From Phoronis australis (Eukaryota > Animalia > Phoronida): a stretch of DNA of 64,000 nt. The notes under the pieces were generated by a model, which did no database searches, was not told the origin of the DNA, and saw only the letters and a program-made list of their open reading frames with translations. Shown piece by piece: positions 1-12,700 of the stretch; within the stretch, counting starts at the first letter, position 1, and every line of letters starts with the position of its first letter. The DNA lies in NCBI GenBank assembly GCA_002633005.1, contig NMRA01000087.1:687393-751392 (forward strand), given 5' to 3'. Made by a program: the position numbers and the translations under genes.

Positions 1-1166
1 GGGTTGAAGGATGAGAGACGAATGACTACGTATGATCATATGACGCAAAATAGTAGAAACGTTAGAACATGTTCAGTTTGAAAAGTCTCCAAATTTAGAA
101 CGTGTGAATAAAAGTTTTGCAGTAACGATATTTTATGTTGATATCTTTGTGATTGGTCACAATAAATAATTTGCGGCGATACAAATGGTGTTTTGTTCTT
201 ATTTTTAATCATTCCGTTCGGCTTGGATTACCAGTGACAGGTATTCCTCAGATGTTTCTACACATTCGCCATTTCTTTGTTGGAACTGACAGGGTCACAC
301 TGTACTATAATGCTTTTTACAAACACCTTTTGGATGGGGTTGATTTTTGAAATAGCTTTGACCAAAGATGTAAACAACACAACAAAATTTGTTGTATTGT
401 TGTTTTTTTCATAATAAATCGGAGATTCTTAGTTAAGGATTCCAGTCAAACTTAACTGAAATCGAGACGGTGATCTTATCAGCTGTTTGAGGAGGCAGTG
501 TGACCTAGTGTGGTAGGTTCCCGCTTTCTTTACTCTAGTTTCACTGAGCCACACAACTGCTAGATCCCTGAGCCAGGATTCCATCTCCTCGGCTCGGTTT
601 TAACGATATATATTAATAAAGCACAAAAATGGTTAAAGGTGATCAGGTCAGTGGACCTACATGCACGGCCTTAGAGATGTAGTGTCAAGAGTACTCTATT
701 GGTTCAATCCCAGCTTGCGCCAAGAAAAAACGAAGAGTCCTCCTCACTGACCACCATGAATGTAAAATACACCCATGCGCGTTCTTCGAATAGCGCTGTA
801 AAGCTGATGATGGTCAGAGAAATGACCGATTGAAACGTCGTGTCAGTGTAGATAAGCTGGAGGCTGGTGTAAATAGACCAGTAGATTTCAGAAATGATGT
901 TGCCACATCTCCACCTCAAAGCAGTTTTAGAAAGACATTGTGCAAGATGAGCTTACTCGGGTGGACTGCAGAGACACCCGTGTAGGTTTGCAATCCTCAT
1001 TCGTCATTCAGAACTCAATTGACATTCGGGCTTGGTATTTATTGATTTTAAGCGTTAAAGCTGTTTTGGAAATCCTATCATAGTAATGTCTCCTGAGTTC
1101 CACCAGTTAAAGTTGCATTTCCTCCTGTTTTGCAGACCAAAAAACTAAAATCGAATTTTAATTTTA

Positions 1167-1218
1167 TAAGAATCAAAGACTTTTAAGTCTTTTAAGTCTT
1201 AAAACTCTTTGATTCTTA
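1167..1218. repeat. Inverted repeat, 21-bp arms with 1 mismatch, 10-bp spacer
   Basis: taagaatcaaagacttttaag (1167-1187) versus cttaaaactctttgattctta (1198-1218). Confidence 0.8.
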
Positions 1219-1225
1219 AAAGGAG

Positions 1226-1283
1226 CACACACATACACACGCAAACACGCACGTACGCACGCACGCACACTCATGCACACACA
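1226..1283. repeat. Imperfect (CA)n/(CGCA)n microsatellite
   Basis: cacacacatacacacgcaaacacgcacgtacgcacgcacgcacac read directly. Confidence 0.85.
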
Positions 1284-1503
1284 AATATTTATATTTTTAC
1301 TTTTACATCGGCTTATCTACATGAAAAGGTTAATTTTACTATATAATAATGTGAAGAAGTGGTAGCGGTTAAAAATATCATCAGTCATTGTTTTATTCAT
1401 TTTAATGGCATGCCTGCAAAACTCTCCGCAGATCTAAAATTTTATCCGAGACGCAAGTACAATAACGTTCACTGTCACAAACAGTATAAATTCATAATTA
1501 TTA

Positions 1504-1724
1504 ACCCCCCCCATTGGCGAAGTGGGCAAAAAAGGCCAGCCTCAGAAAAAACAAAAACTCCGAAAAAGTAGAAAACGATACAAAAGTCAACCAAAAAACA
1601 GAAACTATCAAAATTTGGTAAATGCACAATTCATAGTTCTGAACGTACCTCGTGAATCTTAGTATGGTCCACATTCTCAAAAATTCGAGCCCTCCTCCTT
1701 TAATTTTTGGTGGGTGCGCGCATG
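1504..1724 (+). mobile_element. 5'-truncated copy of MITE family A (CATGCGCGCACCCAG termini)
   Basis: Shares ccattggcgaagtgggcaa...aatgcacaattcatag...aaaattcgagc...gggtgcgcgcatg with 5725-5983 and, inverted, with 8917-9171. Confidence 0.75.
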
Positions 1725-4700
1725 AAATATAGTATTGAGCGTGAGTATGATGGTATTAAAGACTTCGCTTTGTTTGCTAAAGAAGGAAATTAAAAAGTAG
1801 TTCAAGATTGCACTTATCGTTTTGTTTTTATATGACATGAAATAGACTGTTATTGTCACTGCTAGCCACTACATTGCTACTATCAGAATAGAGATGATTC
1901 AATGTGCAAGTTGAACATTTTATTTATGACATGAGGTAGTCAATCTCAGAAACACAGAAGGTGTAAAACATTTCTTGAAAAGTTTGGACTTAACCATAGT
2001 AGGGACATTGGTAAGCTTGTGAAGTACCAAAATTTTAACATATTTTCGTATATTTTTTGTGGATTTGAAATGTTTAAAGTTAGTCGAATGAGAGTTTATG
2101 AGTAAATTGAAGGAAAGGACGATTGCATATTCCTTTAGTTTCGTCGTCTGTGTAGTAATTGAATAATAGTTAGAGTTTCGTTTTTAGCCAGCTAATAAAG
2201 TAAGGTTGTGGGTGAGGCGGTGCTTATGGGTCACGTGATTCAATATCCAGGATTGAGCCGAGGGTGCTGGCCTTGCGCATATTTGAGAAAATAAAAACAG
2301 AAGAAAAACACATTCACGTAAAAAACGAACTATTTTTGAAGAAATGGTTCCGAACAACTGTTGAGTTGCCCGCGATCATTCTTTGTAATTATGTTCAACT
2401 TTTGCGCATGTTATTTATGTTTTGTCGCAAATTTTATAATTGGTGATTTATAATTTCAAAAAAAGAAAGATGGTGACCTTACCACAGAGGAATTTCATGA
2501 GAAACAGGACTTTGTATTTTATAAAAACTGTCTTCTTTAAAATTCTGAATAAATTTGTTCGTTCTTGTTTTTATCTCTCTACACAGTTTTGTCGTGTGTT
2601 TCTCTTGTATTTTTTGCAAGAGCATTAGGGAAACTATGCCTCGCCCCTAAACACCTATGCCGGTCGCGGGCAAAGTTTCGTCCTGCACTTTCAAGTTATC
2701 AATAGTTACTCATGTGTGTAAACGTATTAAGTTTTAAAATATTTAAACTCGTTTCATAGTTTTTAAAATGCTTTTTGAAGCAGAGCACAGCGGCACTGTT
2801 AGTTATGGTGAGTAAACAGTAGGTGAAAAGGAAAAACGTGGTGCGTTACGTCTACGTGCGTCTACGTCTGACTACACCACTGTCTAAACTAACTGCCCCT
2901 AATTAGGTTAATAGTGAATGATACTGTTCCGCAAATGATTCGAAAAGTATTGTTTGCTCATACTTACCTGAGGCTCATAGATGTCTGAGGCTCTCAATTT
3001 TTTTGACACTCCTTTTCAACACATACACAACATTCGACTTAGAAAACTGCCGATATTTCGACTTAAAAGTGAACGTTTCTGGACTTTTTTAGTGTCGGGT
3101 ATGGTTTGCTTTCGCGAAAACACGCTTGTTCTACATTTTAGTGAAACATCAAAATCACGTTATGCTACAGCTGATTAATTTAAAAACCAATTTGTCATTA
3201 CCCGTATATTGTAATAGATTCTTTCCTACTCGACATTCCAGAGTATGTACTTGCTGACGTCACTACAATTAAGAAATGTTGAAGCTAGAGGATCAACTGA
3301 CGTCAGATCTGCCAATTCAGAAGTCGCGCTGTTTCTTGTGACGGTTGTTATCTTTTGAGTCATAGAAAGTACTTGTGAGAAATTCCCATGTTCGTGTTTG
3401 AAGGCTGAATAAACAGCAATGATTATTTAGACTCATTTTACGTTCATTAAAACACGGTTGAGTAAATGAATTAGTAAGGTCCTCGTTAAAACATCTTTAT
3501 TGGGTAGGTCACTAGGTAGATTGTTTTACATCTCCGCTTTTCATTGTGGGAACGCGCTCATTTTCCTTGCAACATTTCGTTTCTACGATTCACATAGCCT
3601 AGTTGCAAAAAGAATTTGGGGGTGGTGCATGGTTTGGTATTTATCAGTAACAAAGTCACGAATTTGGTCTTTCCCACGGTCTTTCTCACATGTTCAGTTA
3701 TTTGCGTTAATCGTGTTCTGCTAAAAACTGCATGTTCCCAAATAGGATTACTGTCTGACACACGTGGGACTCGTCAGACATGTAACCTGGGCTGTTAAAA
3801 TTAACGTCATGGGGGAACTCCGATTGGAAGGGTTACTAGGAATGTGTCGCTAAATCGGTTGGGTATTTTGCTATTTTAGGTGTCGTCCCGAGTGAGTATT
3901 TTGACCTGAGGTATCGTCTTAACTTGATGGATTGTTTCTTGTACCAAATTTTTCCTGCTACTATTAAGACGTTGCGTTAGGGTGAAATTTTTACTACGAG
4001 GAGGCACCCCTATCCATCACTTGGTTTAGAAGCCCCGGGTTTCAGGTACATATTTTTAAGGTATCTGTATAATTCTTACGTATGCTGACGATTTAGCAAA
4101 CGCCCAAGACAGTTGCAAAAACATATAAAGGTTGTGGAACAATTTTCTAAGCCATTTGGAATAGAGAATTAAGGGAATTTGTCTTTGTTTTGGGATTAAC
4201 GGTAGAGGGGACTAGACTTCTTTAAATTATTAACTACGACCAGAGCTTTAGAACAACAAAATCCGTTGCGTCTATTGCGAATCGTCGGTTGGCGACCGGA
4301 GGGGTTAAAATTCTTTTACGTCTATATTCGGAATTTCTTATGTCGTATACCCGTGACCATTACACTTAGGGTTAGGTAACAGAGGGGAGGCCTATCCATG
4401 TGTCTCTGCCTCTTCGTGTCCCAAGCATTCTGTTATAATCCCCAATTAAACACATTTAGTGATATTTCCATAATAATTTTGTCCATTGATTACTTTCCAT
4501 GTTTTTTTTCTTCTGTATCACTATAACTCTCCATTTTTGAAGAATCTAAGGCTACATTACACGAAAATAAGTAATGTCGATTTAATTTGAATATGAATAA
4601 AGATTTGTGGATAGATGCTTTTCCGTTGGTGGAAGTTGTATATTTTAATACTAACACTGATTTACATACTTTACCCCTGATGATAATTAGAATGAAATGG

Positions 4701-5724
4701 CGGCCAATCATAAGTGAGGCAGACAAATGAAGCCCGGGATATATGGAACACGGAATACTGAACTCCGCTTAAAAATAATTTCATTTAGGGACGCATAGAA
4801 CCCGGGACGCAGAATACCCGCAACGCATGGGATCAGACACATACGGATGATCTCGGTAAGTGGATACCAAAGGTGAAGACTGCAACCTGTCTCATAACAA
4901 ATTTAGACAAGTTTTCACAGTGTACGAAGTAAAAACGTAATCATGCACGGTGCAGCACCGTGAGATGTTGAAAAATACTTAAGGCAGGACACAGACAAAT
5001 TGACTTTGTCAAACTCTGTGTCTCCTTGATCACCTCCAATTTGGGTCCTCCTCACCACCAGTATATTCCCCCCCAACCTGTTGTCAAGAATTTGGTACTT
5101 CGCGATAGCCACATGTTACCACTTATCTGCCCTTCGCGTTGGGCAATTCCTCCCACAATTTTGCAGTGATTGCAGGATGTGGCAACTCACTAAGATTCAC
5201 GAACAGAACTTACTGAAATCGTAAGTCACACTTTTTACCCACATGAAACGATATTTTAGTATATCCCAGATTCCTGCACATGGCATTACCGCAAAACCAT
5301 TTGTCTACGTTGGAGGCCAACATGAGAATCCAAGATGGCAGCACACTCCTACTGATCTAACCCCACCTTTGGCAGAGCTCCAGACAAGATCATTCCTTTT
5401 TTGCTTTTGTGTTCGATAAAATTGCTGTCCGAATTAGTTCATATTTTACGTGTTCAGCATAGATTATAGACAACAGATGTACTATAGTCTACGATGTTCA
5501 GCTATCGTTATGACAGAACCTGGCCTAATCACCAAAAATGATATGAGCGCAATGTTGATGAAGAACCAACAAATTTGACAAAACAACAATATTAGGTAAG
5601 AAAGCAAAGATGATTGGTGGTGTGTACTCGGCTCATTTTGAGACCTGCGCTCCTAGATTAAAAAGAAAGCTCAGCGCTTCAATTTCAACCAAGGTCTCGT
5701 GCTGCCCAAAAGTACGTAAGCAAG

Positions 5725-5983
5725 CATCCTCGCACCCATGGGGAGGGGGTCGGGGGCTCGAACGAGGCCCCGCCCCCATTTGGCGAAGTGGGCAAGAAGG
5801 TCCGCCTCAGAGAAACAAAAAGCCCAAGACAACGAGACAAAAGTTTACTATAAAGGAGCGAATGCACAATTCATAGCTCTCAACGTGATGCCCCATTTTT
5901 ATTCTCCCGGGTTTTTTGTTAGTAAAAGATCCACATTGATAAAAATTCGAGCACCCCTATATTTTAGGCTAGGTGTGCGCATG
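5725..5983 (+). mobile_element. MITE family A, full length, 5-bp TSD GCAAG
   Basis: Imperfect TIRs catcctcgcaccca / taggtgtgcgcatg; gcaag at 5720-5724 and 5984-5988. Confidence 0.8.
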
Positions 5984-6400
5984 GCAAGCCGGGTATTCAA
6001 GGTTTGAAATGCCATGATTTGGCACGCGCTGAGTAACAAACAAATCCCGCATAAATTTTGTTTTTACTCTTCTCAGTAGGATTTTCTGTAAAAGGTGAGC
6101 AACCAATGCATGTCGCGCACAAACTCGAGTTTTCAAAAAAAAAAACAGACCACAACCAATTATACTTTTCTGCTTTAGTATGAGAATTCGGAAATCCTCT
6201 TAGACTGAAAGCGTTTCTGCTGTAAGGAAAAAAGTCATAACACAGATAGTAACACTCATTCATTACCCAAGTATTCAACCATTGACAATTTTAAATGAAT
6301 GGCTCAGTAGCGCGTTACCACATTCAACTTGTTTGAACTAAATAGTTGTGAAGTTGGAACAAAGTATTTCAAAGATACAGTTTCTGTTCAAATTATCCGT

Positions 6401-6406
6401 TTTATT
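6401..6406 (-). promoter_or_regulatory. AATAAA polyadenylation signal of the secreted Cys-rich gene
   Basis: tttatt on the + strand, 50 nt downstream of the TGA at 6459-6457. Confidence 0.55.
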
Positions 6407-6456
6407 GATTACGCTTTGTGACATACACAGATGAGACAAATGCATCAGTATGATTT

Positions 6457-8088
6457 TCACATTTTATGTAATGTACAATCTTCTTTGACGCGAATTTTGC
6501 GGTCATATGTGCATCCAATGACAAAGAAGCATCCGTTTCTTTTGAAGCCACAGTGAATAACACGACCGGGATTGTAGCACTCTGCCATCGGTGGTGGCGA
6601 AGGTGGTGGAGTGGAGATGTTTGGGTTCCTCGTACATAGGGCATATGCTAGTTTACCAGAAGACCAATGTGCTACTAGACAGTCTTGTTTTGGCTGAAAA
6701 AAGCAAAACAGATCAAGCGACTAAGACAGTTAAAGTTCAAATTGAACCGTACTTGCATGTTATGCATTGAAACGAGTCGTGGCCTATAATAGAGGTGCGG
6801 GATATTCCCAAAAGCGTGATTCCTTGCATTCCCTAACAAGAATCGTGGAATATTGAATAGCCAGTGTACCCAGAAACGTCTGAAGCATTGTCAATCAAAT
6901 GCCAAGGACCGCAACGAGTTCGAAATTTGTTTAGTTTCAATTCCAACCAATCAAAAATGGTAAAAACAAGATTCGGTAATTTAAGAAAACGCTCTGTTCT
7001 CATTTGCCACATATAGTCTTACGAATACAATTCTCTTTTTGTAAACGGTATATGTTCCCAGTAAGAGTGTACACGTTTGAGACATTGTTACATATAGAAC
7101 TGAACACGTGTAACTCGTGCCTTCTGTCAGCCGTCAAGTGAAAGTCGTTAGAAAGGAGTTGCGCTAATGAAAAAAGAGCCGTAAATGAGAACGCCACTGC
7201 GAACCCCGAGAGAGTAGGAATGTCCACCCTGTACATGAATGAGTGAACGACCCCTTAACTCGACTGCTGATGATATATTTTAAATACTCGTAAAGAAAAA
7301 ACAATTGTCCAAGTTTTAGACCACCACCAGTCCTCAGGGTATAATCTCTGTACTCGAAACTCGACTACAATGTCAGTATTCGAACCTTTGATTTCTTCTC
7401 TTTTTTGCTATCACTTTTATAGCTTAGTTAAGGCAGTACCAGTTGCGAAACGTACTGTTGAAAACGAATAATTAAAGACTAGCGGCAATGCGTTTACAAG
7501 TAGGCCTAGGCATTTCTTACTCTTGATTTGTGGTTGGAGATTTTATATGAAGTCATGAGAACTGGCTATGGAACGAGAGCAGTGGTGGTTCATTTTCGAG
7601 GAAAATATATCCGCGAGAAAGTCCAAAGTGTATGAGAATATGCTCAAAACTACTGTGATGCGCACATAATCACGTGACTGGCTAAATCTTTATCTAGCAA
7701 GTATGAATTGGGAGTGTAAGACCAAATTTCAGTCTTAAGCCTTGGGTCACTTTCATAAAATAGACCCCCGAAATCCTTGCAGTGCGCCTGACTCATGACA
7801 CAGAGCAAGACACGTGTTTACTATGTCTGTCTGAATATAATTTAACGAGAAATATTTTCAAGTTTTTCAAGTAACTCTACTGACTTGGAGAGTCAGTGTT
7901 ACCCTGGCCTATAGACATACCGGAATAGTTGATGGAACAGGAGTTGTTGTGCGGTGATCGAACACCATATTCTTGCAGTTTTCCTTCACGTCAGTCAGAT
8001 TAACCGTCCCTCCAATAGCAGGAATGCCTGTGAGGTAACTGGACGCTGAAGTAAAGAGCAGACTTAGGCCTACCAAATAAGAGAGCAT
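6457..8088 (-). CDS. Putative secreted cysteine-rich protein, 149 aa; coding exons 8088-7921, 7565-7521, 6693-6457
   Basis: ATG in gcaaaATG context, signal-peptide-like MLSYLVGLSLLFTSASS, phase-0 GT-AG junctions (CCG|gtatgt, ccatag|CCA..AGA|gtaaga, ttttttcag|CCA). Spliced: MLSYLVGLSLLFTSASSYLTGIPAIGGTVNLTDVKENCKNMVFDHRTTTPVPSTIP-PVLMTSYKISNHKSR-PKQDCLVAHWSSGKLAYALCTRNPNISTPPPSPPPMAECYNPGRVIHCGFKRNGCFFVIGCTYDRKIRVKEDCTLHKM*. An acceptor at 8127-8126 implies an upstream UTR exon. Confidence 0.6.
7650..7767 (+). mobile_element. Right-end fragment of MITE family C (Harbinger-like)
   Basis: actgtgatgcgcacataatcac and gtcttaag...gtcactttcataaaatagaccc match 50315-50555 and 34310-34572. Confidence 0.6.
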
Positions 8089-8916
8089 TTTGCTTGCTTC
8101 GCTACGATTCAGTTTGTGTCGAAACTGAGACACGTATTAACCTTATGAAGCAACTTGTACTCACGATAAAAAACATAAAAATGGTTGATAATAAAAGATA
8201 ATTTGGGATTTGAGAAATGACATTTGGTACGTTGACGCACTTTTTTTTCAGGGCCTGCCACTCCAAGGAAACTACAATCTAATGTCTCAACAACATGTGT
8301 TAACCTTCGCCCTTCCTGAGAGTTGAATACAGCAAATATTCTATTTAAAAGATGTAATTCAGTTACTGCCCCAAAAATAATGTATCATACGTGCGCAGTC
8401 CACTCATTCGAGCTCATTGCACGAAGTTTCCACCTTATCTTATGGAAAGCATTTGCATTTCTTGCCATGCCTATAAATATTCATACTGCATGTCTACCCT
8501 TTACAACCGTAAAGGAACTTTCGGAACTGTTAGACGAACCACAGTGGATCCACATAAAAACAACCAAACAAAGTAACTTGTGTACACATCTGAACTTTGA
8601 GTCTAAACGCTTTCTCCCCATGTACTAATGCCGATATCAATCAATCGTAATTTGAATTATTCAGTCAACACCTATTCCTTGTCTACTCTCTAAATGACCA
8701 CATAATGCCAAATCTATACCTAAATAACAGTGCTTTTATGTTCAACGCTCAACATGATCTGTTTTGTTTATCCATGTCAAACTATTAATACATAATTCAG
8801 TACATCTCTAATTTGCAGTACTTACTAAGTTTTGCCAAAAAGTAACAATTCTTATAATAACATGTATGAATAATCTACTCAGTCCACCTCCGGTCGAAGC
8901 ATGCACTTGTAAATAA

Positions 8917-9171
8917 CATGCGCGCACCCAGCCTTCAATATAGGGGGCTCGAATTCTTGACGTCGTGAACCTTTTGCTAACAAAACAGCGGACTAAAAAA
9001 TAAAAGGGAGCACCACTGTGAAGTGCGCGTTTGCGCCTATTTAGTGGACTTTTGTCCCATTTTCTCGAACTTTTTGTCTCTCAGGGGCGGACCTTTTTTT
9101 GCCCACTTCGCCAAATGGGGGGCTCTTTCGAGCCCCCCGAGCCCACCCCCCTCCCCCTGGGTGCGCACATG
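8917..9171 (-). mobile_element. MITE family A, full length, 5-bp TSD AATAA
   Basis: TIRs catgcgcgcacccag / ctgggtgcgcacatg; aataa at 8912-8916 and 9172-9176; interior is reverse-complement similar to 5725-5983. Confidence 0.85.
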
Positions 9172-9540
9172 AATAACATCCTCTTCTAAACTCTATGACA
9201 TTAGATTTTGTTGTGCTGATGTTCAATTTCCATATGAAACAGTATGTTTCCAATTCTCTTATAGTTCTTTACTTGTATATTATATTAAATGAAAACAATG
9301 CAAGACCATCAGCACTAGCAAATGCAAATTGATCGTTCAAATTTTTACACTAAAGACAACTTGAACTCATGTTCTAAATTATTTACATACAATGAAAACA
9401 GGAATGGTGATAGTTGCCATCCCTTTTCATTGAGCAATCAAACGGATAAGTTGTGAAACCTTCTGTGTTCGTCATAACACAAGATTTACACTTTCATAAT
9501 TTCAAGATATATATTTCCCTCATATTTCGTATTTTAATGT

Positions 9541-9795
9541 TTTTTATACCACAATATTAGCGTCAAATGGCAGATACAACCGTGTAATAACCTATAAAGT
9601 TATCTCACTAGTGAGATAACGATTTGGCGGGAAACCGAGGACGGGGTCGAACCCGGGACCCTAATATTGCTGGTCGCCGACTTTAACCACTACACCACGC
9701 AGCGACTGACGTCATCAAGTGTGAAAATAGAATACTTAAATGAGCACGCGCAATAATCGCACGTTCAACAAACCGCATTGTACTGTACTTATACG
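9541..9795. mobile_element. Helentron/DINE-like non-autonomous element fragment carrying a tRNA-like segment
   Basis: Begins tttttatacc in a T-run; perfect 22-bp palindrome gttatctcactagtgagataac (9599-9620); absent from the adjacent duplicated flank. Confidence 0.5.
9634..9703 (-). pseudogene. tRNA-derived Pol III head (pseudo-tRNA or SINE head)
   Basis: Minus strand GCTGCGTGGTGTAGTGGTTAAAG...CCGGGTTCGACCCCG has A and B boxes and a T-arm; the anticodon arm does not pair and the acceptor stem is poor. Confidence 0.6.
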
Positions 9796-12700
9796 NGGAT
9801 AAGTTGTGAAACCTTCTGTGTTCGTCATAACACAAGATTTACACTTTCATAATTTCAAGATATATATTTCCCTCATATTTCGTATTTTAATGTTTTATAT
9901 TTTCCATTTTCTGGACAAATGCGATCACATGCGTTTGTGAAATCTATCAATAAACAATAAAGATGGTATTTGTTCTTCCTAAAATATTTAGTAATTAAAG
10001 TATGTAAAATAAACAAATTATCAGCAGATGAGTAATACTTAAGAGAGCCTTCTTGCGATTCACAAATGATGTCATCCTCTTTCTCCCATATATTAAGCTA
10101 TTAGAGATAAAATGTTAATTTCAATGTACTTTCAATATGTCCGTGTGCTTGCTATCTATGGACCTATGACCATGAATGTGTGAAATAAAGCTTAGGTATA
10201 CATGTACAAAGTTTGCAAAAAATATTAATTCAATCTATAATAGACTACAATTAAAAAATGTGATTATTATGAGGTAACAGTAAAGAAATTATAAAAATTT
10301 AAATACTGTGTTTTTATTTTAAAGACAAGAGAAATCAGAGGAAACTGTAGAAATTAGGTTAACCTACGAACACCGCATCTGAAGAATGGCTGATGGGATT
10401 CAAATGAGGAAATTGTTTTTTAACGTTTCGTTTTTCCACCAAATTCTATTGAAATTAGAAGCTTTTATATCAATTTCATTTCTTATTTGTAAATATTGAG
10501 ATTATATCTAAAATATTTATATCGAAACAAGTTTGGTCGCACAGTTTCAATTTTGCCAGAAATACTATTGTTCTGATACGAGTGTACTAAATATGACCAC
10601 GCAACCCAATCCATGATGAATTGGTGTGAAATACTATACTGTATTCTGCAAGGTTTCTGCTCAACTATAACCTTTCGTTAATAAACATTTAGCAGACTTG
10701 AAATTTGCTAAAGCTTCATCTTCGTATTTTTATCTTCAGTTAGAAAGGTGTGCCACGTTTTACACACTAAATTTATTTATTTACAGTAGTTTATGGTGGA
10801 CGCCAGGTATCAGTCTCTCTGAATAATTTCTGATGAGCTAACTTCTAGGCCCTACGCTAAACCAACACCACTAGCGCGCACGTAAAGTGTTGTCTAATGT
10901 CTGCAAAGGTATTTACGTCTATGAAAATTGCTTCCCTGTGCTTAAAAAATGATGTTTGAACGCGCTTTCATCTCATAGGCCTATATGTTTAACCCCTATG
11001 TTTCCATTCTCAAAGCTCAAAGCAAACATCTTCTGTCAACATTCAAATAATACTTCTAAGCGGGATAACATTTGTGTGCTTAACTTTTCGTGAGGCTGGA
11101 TGCGTTTCAACAAGTTTGATGTCGCTATCTGCGGATTACTTTTCTTACAAACAAACGATACCGTTATTCAAAACATATGGGGACTTGAAAACTTGATGTT
11201 ATTGATCACCTTATGGCGTCTTGTCAGTTGGCGCTACAACGCATCTGCGCGTTCATATGTAACATGGCATGGTCTTTCTCACATGTTCTGTTATTTGAGT
11301 TAGCTTACTCTAAATGAAGTTACCAGAACTCAGCAAACTAGACGGTTATTTCCTAACGCAAGTGGGACCTGCCAGAGACGAGTTAAAAGTGTTGTAAACC
11401 TTGTTTTAATCTTAAAAGATCAACTCTCTTCAAAGGCGTGTTTGCTCTTATAAAACAACGTCGTCACGTTCTTATCTTTTGTTTGAATTGAAATTGGTTA
11501 CAATATATCCCTGGAATTCTTCTGACGGCCACGCTCCTTTCGTTGATGACCGGAACTAACCTGCCGAGAAAGTAAAGGCCTCTGGTCTAAAGTAAAAACG
11601 ACCTGTCAGCCAGTCTTCTCGCTATGACACCGTCAAAGGGATGTTTCAATGATGACAATTTTTGCCCTCTTGGATCAAGGATTGCAAACGGCCGTGTGTT
11701 GTAGTATGGTAAATGTCTGGACATGCCTTAGCCGTTGTCACCTACAAGTGTATTTTCAGAGACACACGACTGCCTCCTGCAGCACTGACACCTGTCGACG
11801 CGACGACTTCAACAATTTCACCTGTAATAGCCTACTTCAAAGAGAATGGTACAAAAACTAGCGCTAGTGCGAACCAGGGACAACTAGGCATCTGTCCACT
11901 ACAATGCGATTAATCTGGTGAAGTACGTTTGGACCAAAGGCAGTCTCAAATGCCCATATTATAAAAACCACGCCCGGTAAACTCGATTTTGCAGAGACAA
12001 TTAAGATTCGCTGAAATTAATACGAAGAGGTTTTCAATAACTGATGAGAAATGATAAACTAATCAAAACTAATTTGTTTAAAAATGTCTAGAAATGAATC
12101 TGTCAATTAAGGAGTGCTGTCAAATAAAGTCCGGCCAGAATTTAACATTTTCAACTCGGGTACACTGATAGTGTTAGTGCATTTTCAACTTGCCAATCCG
12201 ACAGTTGCACTGTAATGAGCATTAGCAACGGATATCACAAACAAGGATTTTTACCCACGACGACGAAAGATTGAATCAATAGAGCTATTTAATCTTAAGT
12301 ACTCTGCTATACAGTCAATGAATCATATCTGCGCCGGCGTAGGAACGTGACCAACGAGAACTGGAGGAAGGCGGCCGCAGTAGCGGGGCCGTATTTCAGT
12401 GCCAGTAAACCCCATCGGTTTGTACAACTAGGCAGTCATATGCAACCGCGAGCCTCCAATTCACTCGTTTTTCGGTGCACCAGAGCATGATATCGAATGA
12501 TTACTCCCCCCACCGGGAGGAGTGTAGCATCGTACGGCTTTCGTGCAAAATCCCCAAAGGGAACACTTCAGTCTCAGTACTAGACTTACGTGTGCCAAGA
12601 GTATGTGTTTCAACTCAGACCAGAAATACAGTGGATATCCCAGATATTCAACTAATTGCGTCTTTATTATATTTTTAAAACATTATTTCAAATATACTAT

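Larger units (their letters stand above)
9444..9896. repeat. 100-bp identical direct repeat (9444-9543 and 9797-9896), second copy starting right after an N; probable allelic assembly overlap
   Basis: ggataagttgtgaaacc...attttaatgtttt occurs twice; N at 9796. Confidence 0.8.

Noticed and set aside
490-722. SINE-like pieces (ggcagtgtgacctagtg; ggttcaatcccagcttgcgcca)
   Set aside because: The A-like and B-like boxes are about 200 bp apart and there is no second copy in the window.
2960-2970. atacttacctg, identical to the 5' end of U1 snRNA
   Set aside because: The downstream sequence does not continue as U1; it is the reverse complement of a consensus splice donor.
9634-9703. Functional tRNA gene
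   Set aside because: The anticodon stem cannot pair and the acceptor stem is poor; kept only as a tRNA-derived relic.
11649-11913. Overlapping Cys-containing short ORFs and an exon-like segment near 11760-11848
   Set aside because: No compatible neighbouring exons, weak donor and no recognisable domain.
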